This document shows positions 1 through 10,420 of a DNA stretch of 47,540 nt, piece after piece. The stretch comes from Maricaulaceae bacterium. GTDB lineage: Bacteria; Pseudomonadota; Alphaproteobacteria; Caulobacterales; Maricaulaceae. A program made the translations under genes and the position numbers. The notes under the pieces are model-generated. The model did not search any database. It saw only the letters and a program-made list of their open reading frames with translations, and was not told the DNA's origin. Location: positions 1-47,540 of the forward strand of contig JASFUX010000001.1 in the NCBI GenBank assembly GCA_050050115.1, read 5' to 3'. The first letter of the stretch is position 1; every line of letters starts with the position of its first letter.

Positions 1-344
1 GTAAGGAAGGCTAAAAGGCCGAACGTTCCTGTCATGTCCATCAAGACGGACGCGAACGCGCGTCCCGCCAGCTCGAAACCGGCGCCGGCGATCATCCACC
101 CGACATAGACCAACATCCACCAACCTGAATAATTCATGTCATGGAAGCGACGGATGCAGAGCACCAACCACGGCGCCATCAACACCCACGCAAGCAAGTT
201 GATCGCCGTCCGCGCGCCGTTTCCGGCGGCGAAAGCGCTCGGCGCCGTTGACCCAAAGAGGAAAAGCACCACGCCGACAGCGACCGCTACGATCGCTATG
301 AACGCAAAGACCGTCCCGCGCCGCGTTCGTCCGTTGAGGATCAT
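1..344 (-). CDS. DUF805 family inner-membrane protein (partial, 3' end outside window)
   Basis: Not in the ORF track because it runs off the left edge. Minus-strand translation from the ATG at 344 gives MILNGRTRRGTVFAFIAIVAVAVGVVLFLFG...LLAWVLMAPWLVLCIRRFHDMNYSGWWMLVYVGWMIAGAGFELAG... The RRFHD-xxx-SGWW motif flanked by hydrophobic segments is the DUF805 (YhaH/YhaI-like) signature. It starts 10 nt after the pdhB stop. Confidence 0.6.
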   Translation of the reverse strand, partial: MILNGRTRRGTVFAFIAIVAVAVGVVLFLFGSTAPSAFAAGNGARTAINLLAWVLMAPWLVLCIRRFHDMNYSGWWMLVYVGWMIAGAGFELAGRAFASVLMDMTGTFGLLAFL

Positions 345-353
345 CGCCGCTCG

Positions 354-1718
<1,365 letters not shown>

Positions 1719-1906
1719 GGATAGGTTCCGTGCTCCAACGCGCCGAGCTTCAGCCCCGCAGAACGGCGCTGACACAATCACCGGAACGGGCGTGAAGACA
1801 AGACCAAACGCCCGGCGCAATGCGGGTTTGCGCAAGGGCCGCTACGATTTCCGATTTCCAAAGGACGCCGGAGCGCCCACGCCGCTCGCTGCGCTGCGAT
1901 AGAACC

Positions 1907-2545
1907 CTAGCTCGTCAGTCGCGCCGCAAGCCGCGCTCTGAACTTCTCGGCGATCACCGCGGTCGGCGCGGCGAGCTGGCGTTCGACCGCCAGAGTCTCA
2001 AGCGCCACCTTGCAGCGCTCGCGCAGCTCGTCGTCCCAGGAAGGGCCGGCCTGCTGGTCGAGCAGCGTGATCACCGTGTGCATCCCGGCGGCGGACAACG
2101 GCGTCGAGGCGTCGTTCTCGAGCGCCTCGATCATCGACTCGGTGGCGACGGGGTTATCCTTGTGCAGACCCGAGATCACCTGCGCCGCGGCGAGGCGTTC
2201 ATTCGCGTCGGGGTGGTCGAGCTTCGCCGTGAGCGCGACGGCCTCTTGCTCCGTCAACTCGCCCTGGGTTCGATTGAGATACGGCGGCGGCGCGGCGATC
2301 GCGGCCCTCAGATCGCGGTCTATCACCGCAAGGGCGCTGCCGACGCGCTCAGGATCCGGCTTCAAGGCTCCCATCTCATAGGCCTGGAGGATCAGGTTAG
2401 CCGTCTCGACCGGATCGTCGCGCATGACCGAGGCGAGCAATTCCGCGCGGCCGCGCATCTTCTCGACCTTGATCGCGGCCATCGAGCCGAGCGCCGTCGA
2501 GATCATGATTGCGAGGCTCAAGACGAAAGCGGCGAAGAACTTCAT
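1907..2545 (-). CDS. hypothetical secreted protein (possibly helical/HEAT-like repeats)
   Basis: 212-aa ORF with an N-terminal signal-like segment (MKFFAAFVLSLAIMISTALGSMAA). The remainder is predicted helical, with segments such as DHPDANERLAAAQVISGL that resemble HEAT-type repeats. No family recognised with certainty. Confidence 0.55.
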   Translation of the reverse strand: MKFFAAFVLSLAIMISTALGSMAAIKVEKMRGRAELLASVMRDDPVETANLILQAYEMGALKPDPERVGSALAVIDRDLRAAIAAPPPYLNRTQGELTEQEAVALTAKLDHPDANERLAAAQVISGLHKDNPVATESMIEALENDASTPLSAAGMHTVITLLDQQAGPSWDDELRERCKVALETLAVERQLAAPTAVIAEKFRARLAARLTS

Positions 2546-2596
2546 CGTGGTCTCTCCTCCCGTCGGACATTGTCCACCGACGTCGGCTGAGCGCCA

Positions 2597-3139
2597 CTAA
2601 AGACCCGATGTGCGGCGAGATTCGGACAAGATGCGGCGCTGAGCGAAGCCGGCGTCCGCCTGGCAAGCCAGCTTGCTGGGCGCGACCGGAACGCCCTCGG
2701 GCGAGAAGGCCGATCCAAAAGTGAACGCTTCGGGCGACGGTCCGTTCGCCTCGAGCGCATCGAGCCGCGCTTGAGCGTCCTCGACCGTCGGCGTCGTTCC
2801 GGCGTCGATCCACCACAGCGCCATGTGAGCGCGGCCAAGCGGCGCGAACCACTTCTCGCGCCGGGCGAATATCCGCACGTGCGCCGTCTCATAGGCGAAG
2901 TGCGCGAGCGCCTCGATCGACCGCCAAACGCTCATGTTCACAATCACGCGCGGATCGTCCCAGATGCGAAAGGCCGTCGCGTCGCCGGCCTCGTCCTGAA
3001 GCCGCCAGACGAAGCCGTCCTGGCTTTCTGCTAGCGCGTTGATCTTGTCGAGTGCGCCGACGAAGTCCGCCATTTCCGGGGCGTCGAGATCAAACCGCGC
3101 GCGGGCGACATTGATCTGGGCGAGATGCTTTTCGGTCAT
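2597..3139 (-). CDS. DUF3291 domain-containing protein
   Basis: 180 aa. HLAQINVARARFDLDAPEMADFVGALDKINALAESQDGFVWRLQDE...VNMSVWRSIEALAHFAY...HMALWWIDAGTTPTVEDAQARLDALEANGPSPEAFTF matches my memory of the DUF3291 family pattern almost along its full length. Its ATG overlaps the GNAT stop by 4 nt (3136..3139). Confidence 0.75.
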   Translation of the reverse strand: MTEKHLAQINVARARFDLDAPEMADFVGALDKINALAESQDGFVWRLQDEAGDATAFRIWDDPRVIVNMSVWRSIEALAHFAYETAHVRIFARREKWFAPLGRAHMALWWIDAGTTPTVEDAQARLDALEANGPSPEAFTFGSAFSPEGVPVAPSKLACQADAGFAQRRILSESRRTSGL

Positions 3140-3618
3140 TCCCTGCTCCCGGCGGACGCCGCGCCGCTCCGCGTCATGAACAGTCGCGGTGTTCCGTCGC
3201 CGTAATAGTCCTCATAGGCGCGCTCCGTCTCAAAGCCCAGCGACTCGTAGACCGCGCGCGCCGCCGCGTTGGTCGGCTCTACGGTCAACACCACGCGCCC
3301 CGCGGCTCGCTCCTGCGCCCAGGCGATCCCCGCCGCCGTCAGCTTGCGCCCGACGCCCTGACCGCGCGTCGCCTTGTCGACGACGATCGAATAGATCTCG
3401 ACTGTCTTCGGATCATCGACCCGCCGACCGACAAGGAGATAGCCCAGCACCTCGTCATTCCGCACGGCGACCAGAAATCCGTCGCCGAACAGGCCGAACG
3501 CTTGACGGAAGAAATAGAGCGGGTAGCCCTCCTCCGCGCCCATTTCGTCGCGATCGAGATGCGCGGCGCCGGTAAAGTCATCGAGCGTCGCGGCGCGGAT
3601 TATGACGTCGTCAGACAT
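3136..3618 (-). CDS. GNAT family N-acetyltransferase
   Basis: 160 aa. It has the acetyl-CoA binding motif region (IVVDKATRGQGVGRKLTAAGIAWAQERAAGRVVLTVEPTNAAARAVYESLGFE), i.e. the R/Q-x-x-G-x-G/A GNAT motif A. Confidence 0.8.
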   Translation of the reverse strand: MSDDVIIRAATLDDFTGAAHLDRDEMGAEEGYPLYFFRQAFGLFGDGFLVAVRNDEVLGYLLVGRRVDDPKTVEIYSIVVDKATRGQGVGRKLTAAGIAWAQERAAGRVVLTVEPTNAAARAVYESLGFETERAYEDYYGDGTPRLFMTRSGAASAGSRE

Positions 3619-3638
3619 CGGCGCCGGCTCTTCGCGAC

Positions 3639-4694
3639 CTAGCCCTCAACCAAGACATCCGTATAAAGCTCGCCCGGATCGGGCTCGGGGCTTTCCTTGG
3701 CGAAGTCGACAGCTTCGGCGACGATCGCCTTGACCTCCTTGTCGACCGCCTTGAGGTCGTCCTCGCTCGCCCAGCCGGCTTCGAGGAGCTTGGCCTTGGC
3801 GAGCTCGATCGGATCGGAGCGTTCGCGGACCTCCTGGACCTCCTCGCGGCTGCGGTACTTTGCTGGGTCGGACATCGAGTGACCGCGATAGCGATAGGTC
3901 TTCATTTCAAGGATGTACGGCCCTTCCCCTTTGCGCGCGGCCGCCACGGCGCTTGCGCCGGCGGCGCGCACGGCGGTGACGTCCATGCCGTCCACCTCCT
4001 CGCCCGGGATCGAGAAGCTCGATCCGCGACGGTGAAGGTGCGTCTCGGAGCTGGCGCGCTTGACCGAAGTGCCCATCGCATACTGGTTGTTCTCGATCAC
4101 GTAGACGATCGGCAGGCCCCAGAGCTCAGCCATGTTGAAGCTCTCATAGACTTGACCCTGGTTCGCCGCGCCGTCGCCGAAATAGGTCAGGCACACGCGA
4201 TCGCCGCCGCGGTATTTGTTGGCGAAGGCGAGGCCCGTGCCGATCGAAACCTGCGCGCCGACGATGCCATGGCCGCCGAAGAAGTTCTTCTCGCGGCTGA
4301 ACATGTGCATCGAGCCGCCTTTGCCTTTCGAGTAGCCGTCGGCCCGGCCGGTCAGCTCGGCCATCACCCCTTTGGGATCCATGCCGCAGGCGAGCATGTG
4401 GCCATGGTCGCGGTAGCCGGTGATGACCTCGTCGCCGTCCTCGATCGCCGCCTGCATTCCGACGACCACCGCTTCTTGACCGATGTAGAGATGGCAGAAG
4501 CCGGCGATCAGTCCCATGCCGTAGATCTGTCCCGCCTTTTCTTCGAAGCGGCGGATCAGCAGCATGTCGCGGTAGAACTTGAGTAGCTCGTCCTTGGTCG
4601 TTTCGGCGGGCGGCTTCTCAGCGGGTTTGGCGGCGCTCTTAGAGGCGCTCTTGGCCCTGCTCTTGGTCGGTGGCTTGGAGGACTTGGCGGGCAT
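3639..4694 (-). CDS. pdhA: pyruvate dehydrogenase E1 component alpha subunit
   Basis: 351 aa. LLIRRFEEKAGQIYGMGLIAGFCHLYIGQEAVVVG, the TPP-binding region GDGAANQGQVYESFNMAELWGLPIVYVIENNQYAMGT, and YRYRGHSMSDPAKYR are all diagnostic E1-alpha motifs. Confidence 0.9.
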   Translation of the reverse strand: MPAKSSKPPTKSRAKSASKSAAKPAEKPPAETTKDELLKFYRDMLLIRRFEEKAGQIYGMGLIAGFCHLYIGQEAVVVGMQAAIEDGDEVITGYRDHGHMLACGMDPKGVMAELTGRADGYSKGKGGSMHMFSREKNFFGGHGIVGAQVSIGTGLAFANKYRGGDRVCLTYFGDGAANQGQVYESFNMAELWGLPIVYVIENNQYAMGTSVKRASSETHLHRRGSSFSIPGEEVDGMDVTAVRAAGASAVAAARKGEGPYILEMKTYRYRGHSMSDPAKYRSREEVQEVRERSDPIELAKAKLLEAGWASEDDLKAVDKEVKAIVAEAVDFAKESPEPDPGELYTDVLVEG

Positions 4695-4768
4695 CGGCGT
4701 CTCACGGCTGAGTTCACGAACGCCGCGACGTTAATCAGCCCCGTAGGGCCCGTCCAGCCGGGCGCCTG

Positions 4769-5086
4769 CTAGCGCCGCGCAGCAGCCGGCACGACGATGT
4801 CGCGCGGATGGCCCATGCCCAGAAGCGCCCGGGCGCGCTCCTCGACGTAGTCGAGATCGAGGGTCTCATCGCGCAGCCGCATCGCGCGATCCTCGAGGTC
4901 GGTGCGGACCGCCACGGTCTCATCGAGGGAGGTTTCGAGCTCGGCGATGCGGTGCTGGTAGCCGGACCACGCCAACAAGCCGCTCTGCCCCGTCAGGGCG
5001 TGTCCACCGAAGTAAGCAATGCCCGCGGCGATGGCGAGCGTGGGCGACCAGCGGCGAAGCGCACGCAGCATAGGCTTGACTCTCAA
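4769..5086 (-). CDS. ftsB: septum formation initiator family protein (FtsB/DivIC-like)
   Basis: 105 aa: one N-terminal TM segment (WSPTLAIAAGIAYFGGHAL), then a coiled-coil (IAELETSLDETVAVRTDLEDRAMRLRDETLDLDYVEERAR). Its position directly upstream of pdhA is the conserved alphaproteobacterial location. The start may instead be the ATG at 5071 (MLRAL...). Confidence 0.7.
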   Translation of the reverse strand: MRVKPMLRALRRWSPTLAIAAGIAYFGGHALTGQSGLLAWSGYQHRIAELETSLDETVAVRTDLEDRAMRLRDETLDLDYVEERARALLGMGHPRDIVVPAAARR

Positions 5087-5116
5087 ACGGCGACTGATTC
5101 GGACGCGCAGAGAATC
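5078..5116 (-). promoter_or_regulatory. cluster of three GANTC (CcrM-type methylation) sites at the 5' end/upstream of the ftsB-like gene
   Basis: GACTC 5078-5082, GATTC 5096-5100 and GAATC 5112-5116, read directly from the sequence. At this base composition one GANTC is expected about every 300 nt. Confidence 0.3.
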
Positions 5117-5145
5117 ATTGCAGGCTTAACAAAGCGTTTCCGCAA

Positions 5146-6045
5146 TTACGCCGCGAAAGCGTAGTTTTCGAACTCCGGCGCAACCTGACGCGCCTCACGC
5201 GCCAGATGCGACAACAGCCGCCGGCCGGCGACGTCCAGCGTCTTGGGATCGCCGAGGCGTTCGATGAGCCATTGGCTCTCGCCTTGATCGACCTCGTCGA
5301 TCGCAGCGCCGCCCATCAGCACGTGGCAGCCGACCGCCTTGGCGAACAGCTCGGGCCAGGTTTCCGCGTTGTCCGCGTCGCAGGTGATCGTCCGCATGGC
5401 GAGCAGCAGCTCAGCCTCGTCGCGGGAGATGACGATGCCCTCGTCGCCCGCCGGGCCATAGAGCACGCGGCGCAGCAGCTCGACTTCGTCCCCGTCGACC
5501 AGGCCGTCGGCGCGGACTGTCTCATAAACGGCTTCGAGCGCGAACCGCGTCAGCGCCTTGGGGTAGCTCACCGCGCGGTCGAACAGGCGCATCAGCACGC
5601 GGCGCTCGACCGGATCGAGCACCAGGCCGCCTTCCTGCTCAAACGCCTCGATCAGCGCAGCCACCTCGGCCGAGCCGACCGCACGCATCTCGCCGGCGGC
5701 CCAAGTCTCGTCGCGCTCGACCGTCTTGCACCAGGAGAACGGTGAAGCTGCGCGAGCGACGTTCTTGAGCGACTGGACATAATCCGCCTTGAACGTCGTA
5801 TCGAAGCTCGGCGCCTCACGCTGCAGCGCGAAATGATCAGCCAGGGCCTCAACCAGAAAATCGGCCCAGCCTTCGCCGGCGCCCTTCCCGCGGCCTTCCC
5901 GATGCATGATCAGGAGCTTGCGCGCCTCGTTCGCGTCGATCCGTCCGTCCTCGTACATCGCCCGTCGCAGCGCGATCAGCGTGTCCGGATTGACTTCGGC
6001 CAGCTCGTCGAGCTTGTCGAAGACGGCTTTCATCATGTCGCCCAT
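5146..6045 (-). CDS. hypothetical protein with internal DG-x-(I/V)-x-x-x-E-x-x-LL repeats (TerB-like?)
   Basis: 299 aa, no signal peptide or TM segment. The motif recurs at least four times: EDGRIDANEARKLLIM, ADGLVDGDEVELLRRVL, DEGIVISRDEAELLLAM and AAIDEVDQGESQWLIERL. Confidence 0.6.
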   Translation of the reverse strand: MGDMMKAVFDKLDELAEVNPDTLIALRRAMYEDGRIDANEARKLLIMHREGRGKGAGEGWADFLVEALADHFALQREAPSFDTTFKADYVQSLKNVARAASPFSWCKTVERDETWAAGEMRAVGSAEVAALIEAFEQEGGLVLDPVERRVLMRLFDRAVSYPKALTRFALEAVYETVRADGLVDGDEVELLRRVLYGPAGDEGIVISRDEAELLLAMRTITCDADNAETWPELFAKAVGCHVLMGGAAIDEVDQGESQWLIERLGDPKTLDVAGRRLLSHLAREARQVAPEFENYAFAA

Positions 6046-6118
6046 GCGCGTCCGCTCCCCGGCGAAAATCCCGCGCGGAGACTAGCGAAGTTGCGTCGCT
6101 GTTCGGTTAAGCGGCGTG

Positions 6119-6134
6119 GTTAGGCGGAAGTTAA
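6119..6134 (-). promoter_or_regulatory. CtrA-box-like motif (TTAA-N7-CTAAC, one mismatch to TTAA-N7-TTAAC)
   Basis: The plus strand reads GTTAG-gcggaag-TTAA at 6119-6134, so the minus strand reads TTAA-N7-CTAAC. It lies about 75-90 nt upstream of the ATG at 6045. A third GTTAA sits at 6106-6110. Confidence 0.2.
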
Positions 6135-6139
6135 TCGCG

Positions 6140-6943
6140 CTAGCGCGCGGCGAGCGGCGTGAAGTTCAAGTGCATCCCCGCGTCGGTCATTAGCGTCTCG
6201 CCGGTGATCCAGTCCGGACCGTCGAGGGCGAAGAACTCGATCGCTTGGGCGACGCCTTCGGGCGTGCCGGCGGCCTTTAGCGGCGTCGTTTGCTCCATGT
6301 AAGCGCGCTGTTTCTCAAAGGCCTCTTCGTCCATGCGGTCCTTGAACCACCGCGTGCCGACATAGCCTGGGCACACGGCGTTGACGCGGATTTCGGGCGC
6401 CAACGCGCGGGCGAGCGAAAGGGTCATGGTGTTGAGCGCGCCTTTGGAAGCCGCGTAGGCGACCGACGAGCCGATGCCCGCAACCGCCGCGATCGAGGAG
6501 GTGTTGACCACCGAACCGCGCCCTTGACGTTTCATCGCCGGCGCAACGGCGCGGATCATCTGGAACGCCGAGATGACGTTGAGCTTGTAGATCCAGAGGA
6601 AGTCGTCCGCATCGAGACCGTCGAGGTCGTCATGCTTGACGTGCTTGGTGCCGCCCGCGTTGTTCACCAGGATGTCGATCCGCCCCCAGGCGTCCTCGGC
6701 CGCCTTCGCCAGCGCCTTGCAGGCCGCATCGTCGGTGACGTCCGCTTGGACCACGATCGCCTCGACGCCCAGCGCGCGACAACGTTCGCCGGTGGCCTCC
6801 GCCTCGTCAGCGCTCTTGGAGTAGTTGATCGCGACGTTGACGCCGCGGCGGGCGAGCGCCTCGGCCGCCGCCGCGCCGATCCCGGTCGCCGACCCGGTGA
6901 TAATCGCGGCCTTGCCCGCGTGCTCGCTGTCTTGCTTGGACAT
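6140..6943 (-). CDS. SDR family oxidoreductase (3-oxoacyl-ACP reductase-like)
   Basis: 267 aa with the classical SDR motifs: TGSATGIGAAAA (TGxxxGxG), NNAG, and the S...YAASK catalytic triad region. Confidence 0.85.
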   Translation of the reverse strand: MSKQDSEHAGKAAIITGSATGIGAAAAEALARRGVNVAINYSKSADEAEATGERCRALGVEAIVVQADVTDDAACKALAKAAEDAWGRIDILVNNAGGTKHVKHDDLDGLDADDFLWIYKLNVISAFQMIRAVAPAMKRQGRGSVVNTSSIAAVAGIGSSVAYAASKGALNTMTLSLARALAPEIRVNAVCPGYVGTRWFKDRMDEEAFEKQRAYMEQTTPLKAAGTPEGVAQAIEFFALDGPDWITGETLMTDAGMHLNFTPLAAR

Positions 6944-7021
6944 GGACGGCCCCTTCTCGCTTGATCTTCCGGCCCGGTGTTAGCACGCCCGAGCGGAGGA
7001 GCAACGGAGCCGTTGAGACCT

Positions 7022-7522
7022 CTAGGCGCTCTGTTCCGTCAAAAGCGCGTCGAGCTGTTGGTAGCTCATCTCCATGCCGTCGGTCATGCCGGTCGACATC
7101 GCGCCGTTGCGGTTCTCCTTGGAGCCGTAGTCGATCGTCGACGTCACGATCGTCTGGCCGGCGTCCTCGGCGAAATCGATGGTGACGAACGCCTCCTCGC
7201 CCATGCTGCCGCCGACATCGCCGGGATAATAGGTCTGGGTGTGGGCGAGCCGCGCTTGCGGGACGACCTCTTTGAATGCGCCGTCGAAGCCGAACCCCTT
7301 GCCGTCCTCTTCGCTGCGCCAGCGCCAGCGCAGCTTGCCGCCAACCCGCACGTCCATCTCGCAGACCGGCAGCGTCCAGCCGGGCGGCCCCAGCAGCCAG
7401 CGCTGCAGCAACGCCGGTTCCGTATACGCGCGATAGACCAGCGCAACAGGCGCGTTGAAGCGGCGTGTCACTCTGACCTCCCTGTCGCTGGGCAAGCTGA
7501 CCTCGGACGTTTGGTTTGGCAT
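7022..7522 (-). CDS. SRPBCC / AHSA1 (activator of Hsp90 ATPase homolog 1-like) family protein
   Basis: 166 aa. EVRVTRRFNAPVALVYRAYTEPALLQRWLLGPPGW...VGGKLRWRW is the typical N-terminal pattern of AHSA1-type SRPBCC proteins, which are commonly paired with ArsR regulators. Confidence 0.8.
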   Translation of the reverse strand: MPNQTSEVSLPSDREVRVTRRFNAPVALVYRAYTEPALLQRWLLGPPGWTLPVCEMDVRVGGKLRWRWRSEEDGKGFGFDGAFKEVVPQARLAHTQTYYPGDVGGSMGEEAFVTIDFAEDAGQTIVTSTIDYGSKENRNGAMSTGMTDGMEMSYQQLDALLTEQSA

Positions 7523-7534
7523 TGTCGTCCCTCT

Positions 7535-7891
7535 CTACCGCTTCGTGCGTTTGGCGTTCTTCGTCGGCGCCTGCAGCTCTTCAAGCAACGCGTCGAGGCG
7601 GCCGAAGTTCACGTCCCAGACTTCCCGGTAGCGATCGAGCCAAGCATTCACCTCGGCGAGCGGCTTGCCTTCGATCCGGCAAGGACGGCGTTGAGCGTCA
7701 CGGCCGCGCGTGATCAGTCCGGCGCGTTCGAGCACCTTCAAATGCTTGGAGATCGCTGGCTGGCTCATGTCGAACGGTTCGGCCAGCTCGCTGACAGACG
7801 CCTCCCCTGATGCGAGCCGCGCCAGGATCGCCCGCCGGGTCGGATCGGCGAGCGCTGAGAAGGTGGCGTCGAGCTGCCGGGATGGCGTCAT
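7535..7891 (-). CDS. ArsR/SmtB family transcriptional regulator
   Basis: ORF 7535..7948 trimmed to the ATG at 7891. The wHTH signature is FSALADPTRRAILARLASGEASVSELAEPFDMSQPAISKHLKVLERAGLI. Confidence 0.85.
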   Translation of the reverse strand: MTPSRQLDATFSALADPTRRAILARLASGEASVSELAEPFDMSQPAISKHLKVLERAGLITRGRDAQRRPCRIEGKPLAEVNAWLDRYREVWDVNFGRLDALLEELQAPTKNAKRTKR

Positions 7892-7927
7892 TTTATAACC
7901 CGCATATTTTATAACTGAATGGTTATA
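7891..7927 (-). promoter_or_regulatory. AT-rich repeat set (candidate ArsR operator/promoter)
   Basis: Plus strand: TTTTATAAC at 7891-7899 and again at 7907-7915. An inverted pair TATAACC (7894-7900) / GGTTATA (7921-7927) and ATAAC-N6-GTTAT (7911-7926) are also present. It abuts the arsR start codon in an otherwise GC-rich window. Confidence 0.35.
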
Positions 7928-7994
7928 TACATGAGCCCGTGAACGCAAGCCCGAAAGCGGACTCGGGTCAAAAAAGCTCGCGCTGAAATCTGAA

Positions 7995-9290
<1,296 letters not shown>

Positions 9291-9394
9291 TCAATACGCT
9301 TTGTCTGATGTATGGGCCGGACTTCTAGAGGGTTCGCCGCGGGGCGCAAGGCGCGACTACGGTAAACGCGTCAACTGATTGAAAATGATGCTTT

Positions 9395-10333
9395 TTAGCG
9401 CGTCCACGCGTGATGCGCCGGGCCGCGGCGCAACGGCTGGCGCTCGGCGACGACCTGCGGGGCGGCGGCGGCCGTCGCCGTCTCCTCGCGTCGGCGCAGC
9501 TCCTCGAGCACGGCGCGGTCGAAGTCTGCATTGTCCTCGAAGTCGTTGTGCGCCTTGATGAAGTCGGTCAGATCCGCGCGCGCGTTGGCCGCCTCGAAGC
9601 TCTCTCCGCCAATGAGCCCGCGGCGGTAGAGATATTCGTCCGAGGTCCCCGTAAGGACGAAGGCCGGATCCCAGGCAAAGTCGACCGCCTTGGCGAGTTC
9701 GTTCGTACAGTTCGAGAACAGCGTATTGTAGAACCGCGGCGCGGCGGCGAGCGCTGCGGTCCGATCGAGCATGCGCGCCAGGAGAGCCCCGCGTTGCGCC
9801 GGATCGAGCTGCAGCGGATAGACGAAAACCTCATGGTCGAGATAGACCGCGCGCCGGGTTAGCAGGTCGCGCGCCGCGCCCCAGACGTAAGACAGCTCGT
9901 ACGCATTGAAGACGCCGCGGATCGCCGAATAGGTCTCGTGCGCTTCCCGCCGCGCCTCGATCGTGAGGCCCAGGAGACGGTCGTCTTCGAACTCGAATAA
10001 GATGAACGTGTGCGCGACGATCTGGCTGCCCGGCTGCGGCTCGATCACGAACCACGCCCTGCGCAGATCCGCCGGATCGAAGCTGTAGGCGTGACTGTCC
10101 CGTACGGTGGGGCCGGACGCGTCGTAGCGCCAGTCCGTCACGGCGCTGAGCGTCACGGCGTCGTCGGTGCGCTCAACTTCCGTCGTATTGGCGAGATAAG
10201 GCAGCCAGTCGCGGTCCTGGCGCGGCGTGAGCGAGCAGCCGCTGGCGCTCAAAACGACGATGACCAGACCCAGACCGACAGCCGCCGCGATCTGGCGTCG
10301 CATCGTGCCGCCCATGCGCAATTTGAAGGCCAT
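9395..10333 (-). CDS. DUF4105 (Lnb N-terminal periplasmic domain) lipoprotein
   Basis: ORF 9395..10399. It has a lipoprotein-type signal (MRRQIAAAVGLGLVIVVLSASGCS) and a DUF4105-like core (AHTFILFEF...GLTIEARRE...YSAIRGVFNAYELSYVWGAARDL...YNTLFSNCTNELAK). The start is uncertain: TTG/ATG candidates at 10399, 10333 and 10303. Confidence 0.75.
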   Translation of the reverse strand: MAFKLRMGGTMRRQIAAAVGLGLVIVVLSASGCSLTPRQDRDWLPYLANTTEVERTDDAVTLSAVTDWRYDASGPTVRDSHAYSFDPADLRRAWFVIEPQPGSQIVAHTFILFEFEDDRLLGLTIEARREAHETYSAIRGVFNAYELSYVWGAARDLLTRRAVYLDHEVFVYPLQLDPAQRGALLARMLDRTAALAAAPRFYNTLFSNCTNELAKAVDFAWDPAFVLTGTSDEYLYRRGLIGGESFEAANARADLTDFIKAHNDFEDNADFDRAVLEELRRREETATAAAAPQVVAERQPLRRGPAHHAWTR

Positions 10334-10420
10334 GACGTTCCGCCCCCGCCGGTCTCGCGAGCCGGCCGAGAGCTTATCCAGGAAGCCGGTCAGCGCCAAC
10401 CAAGGGCGCGCGTGCGGAAG

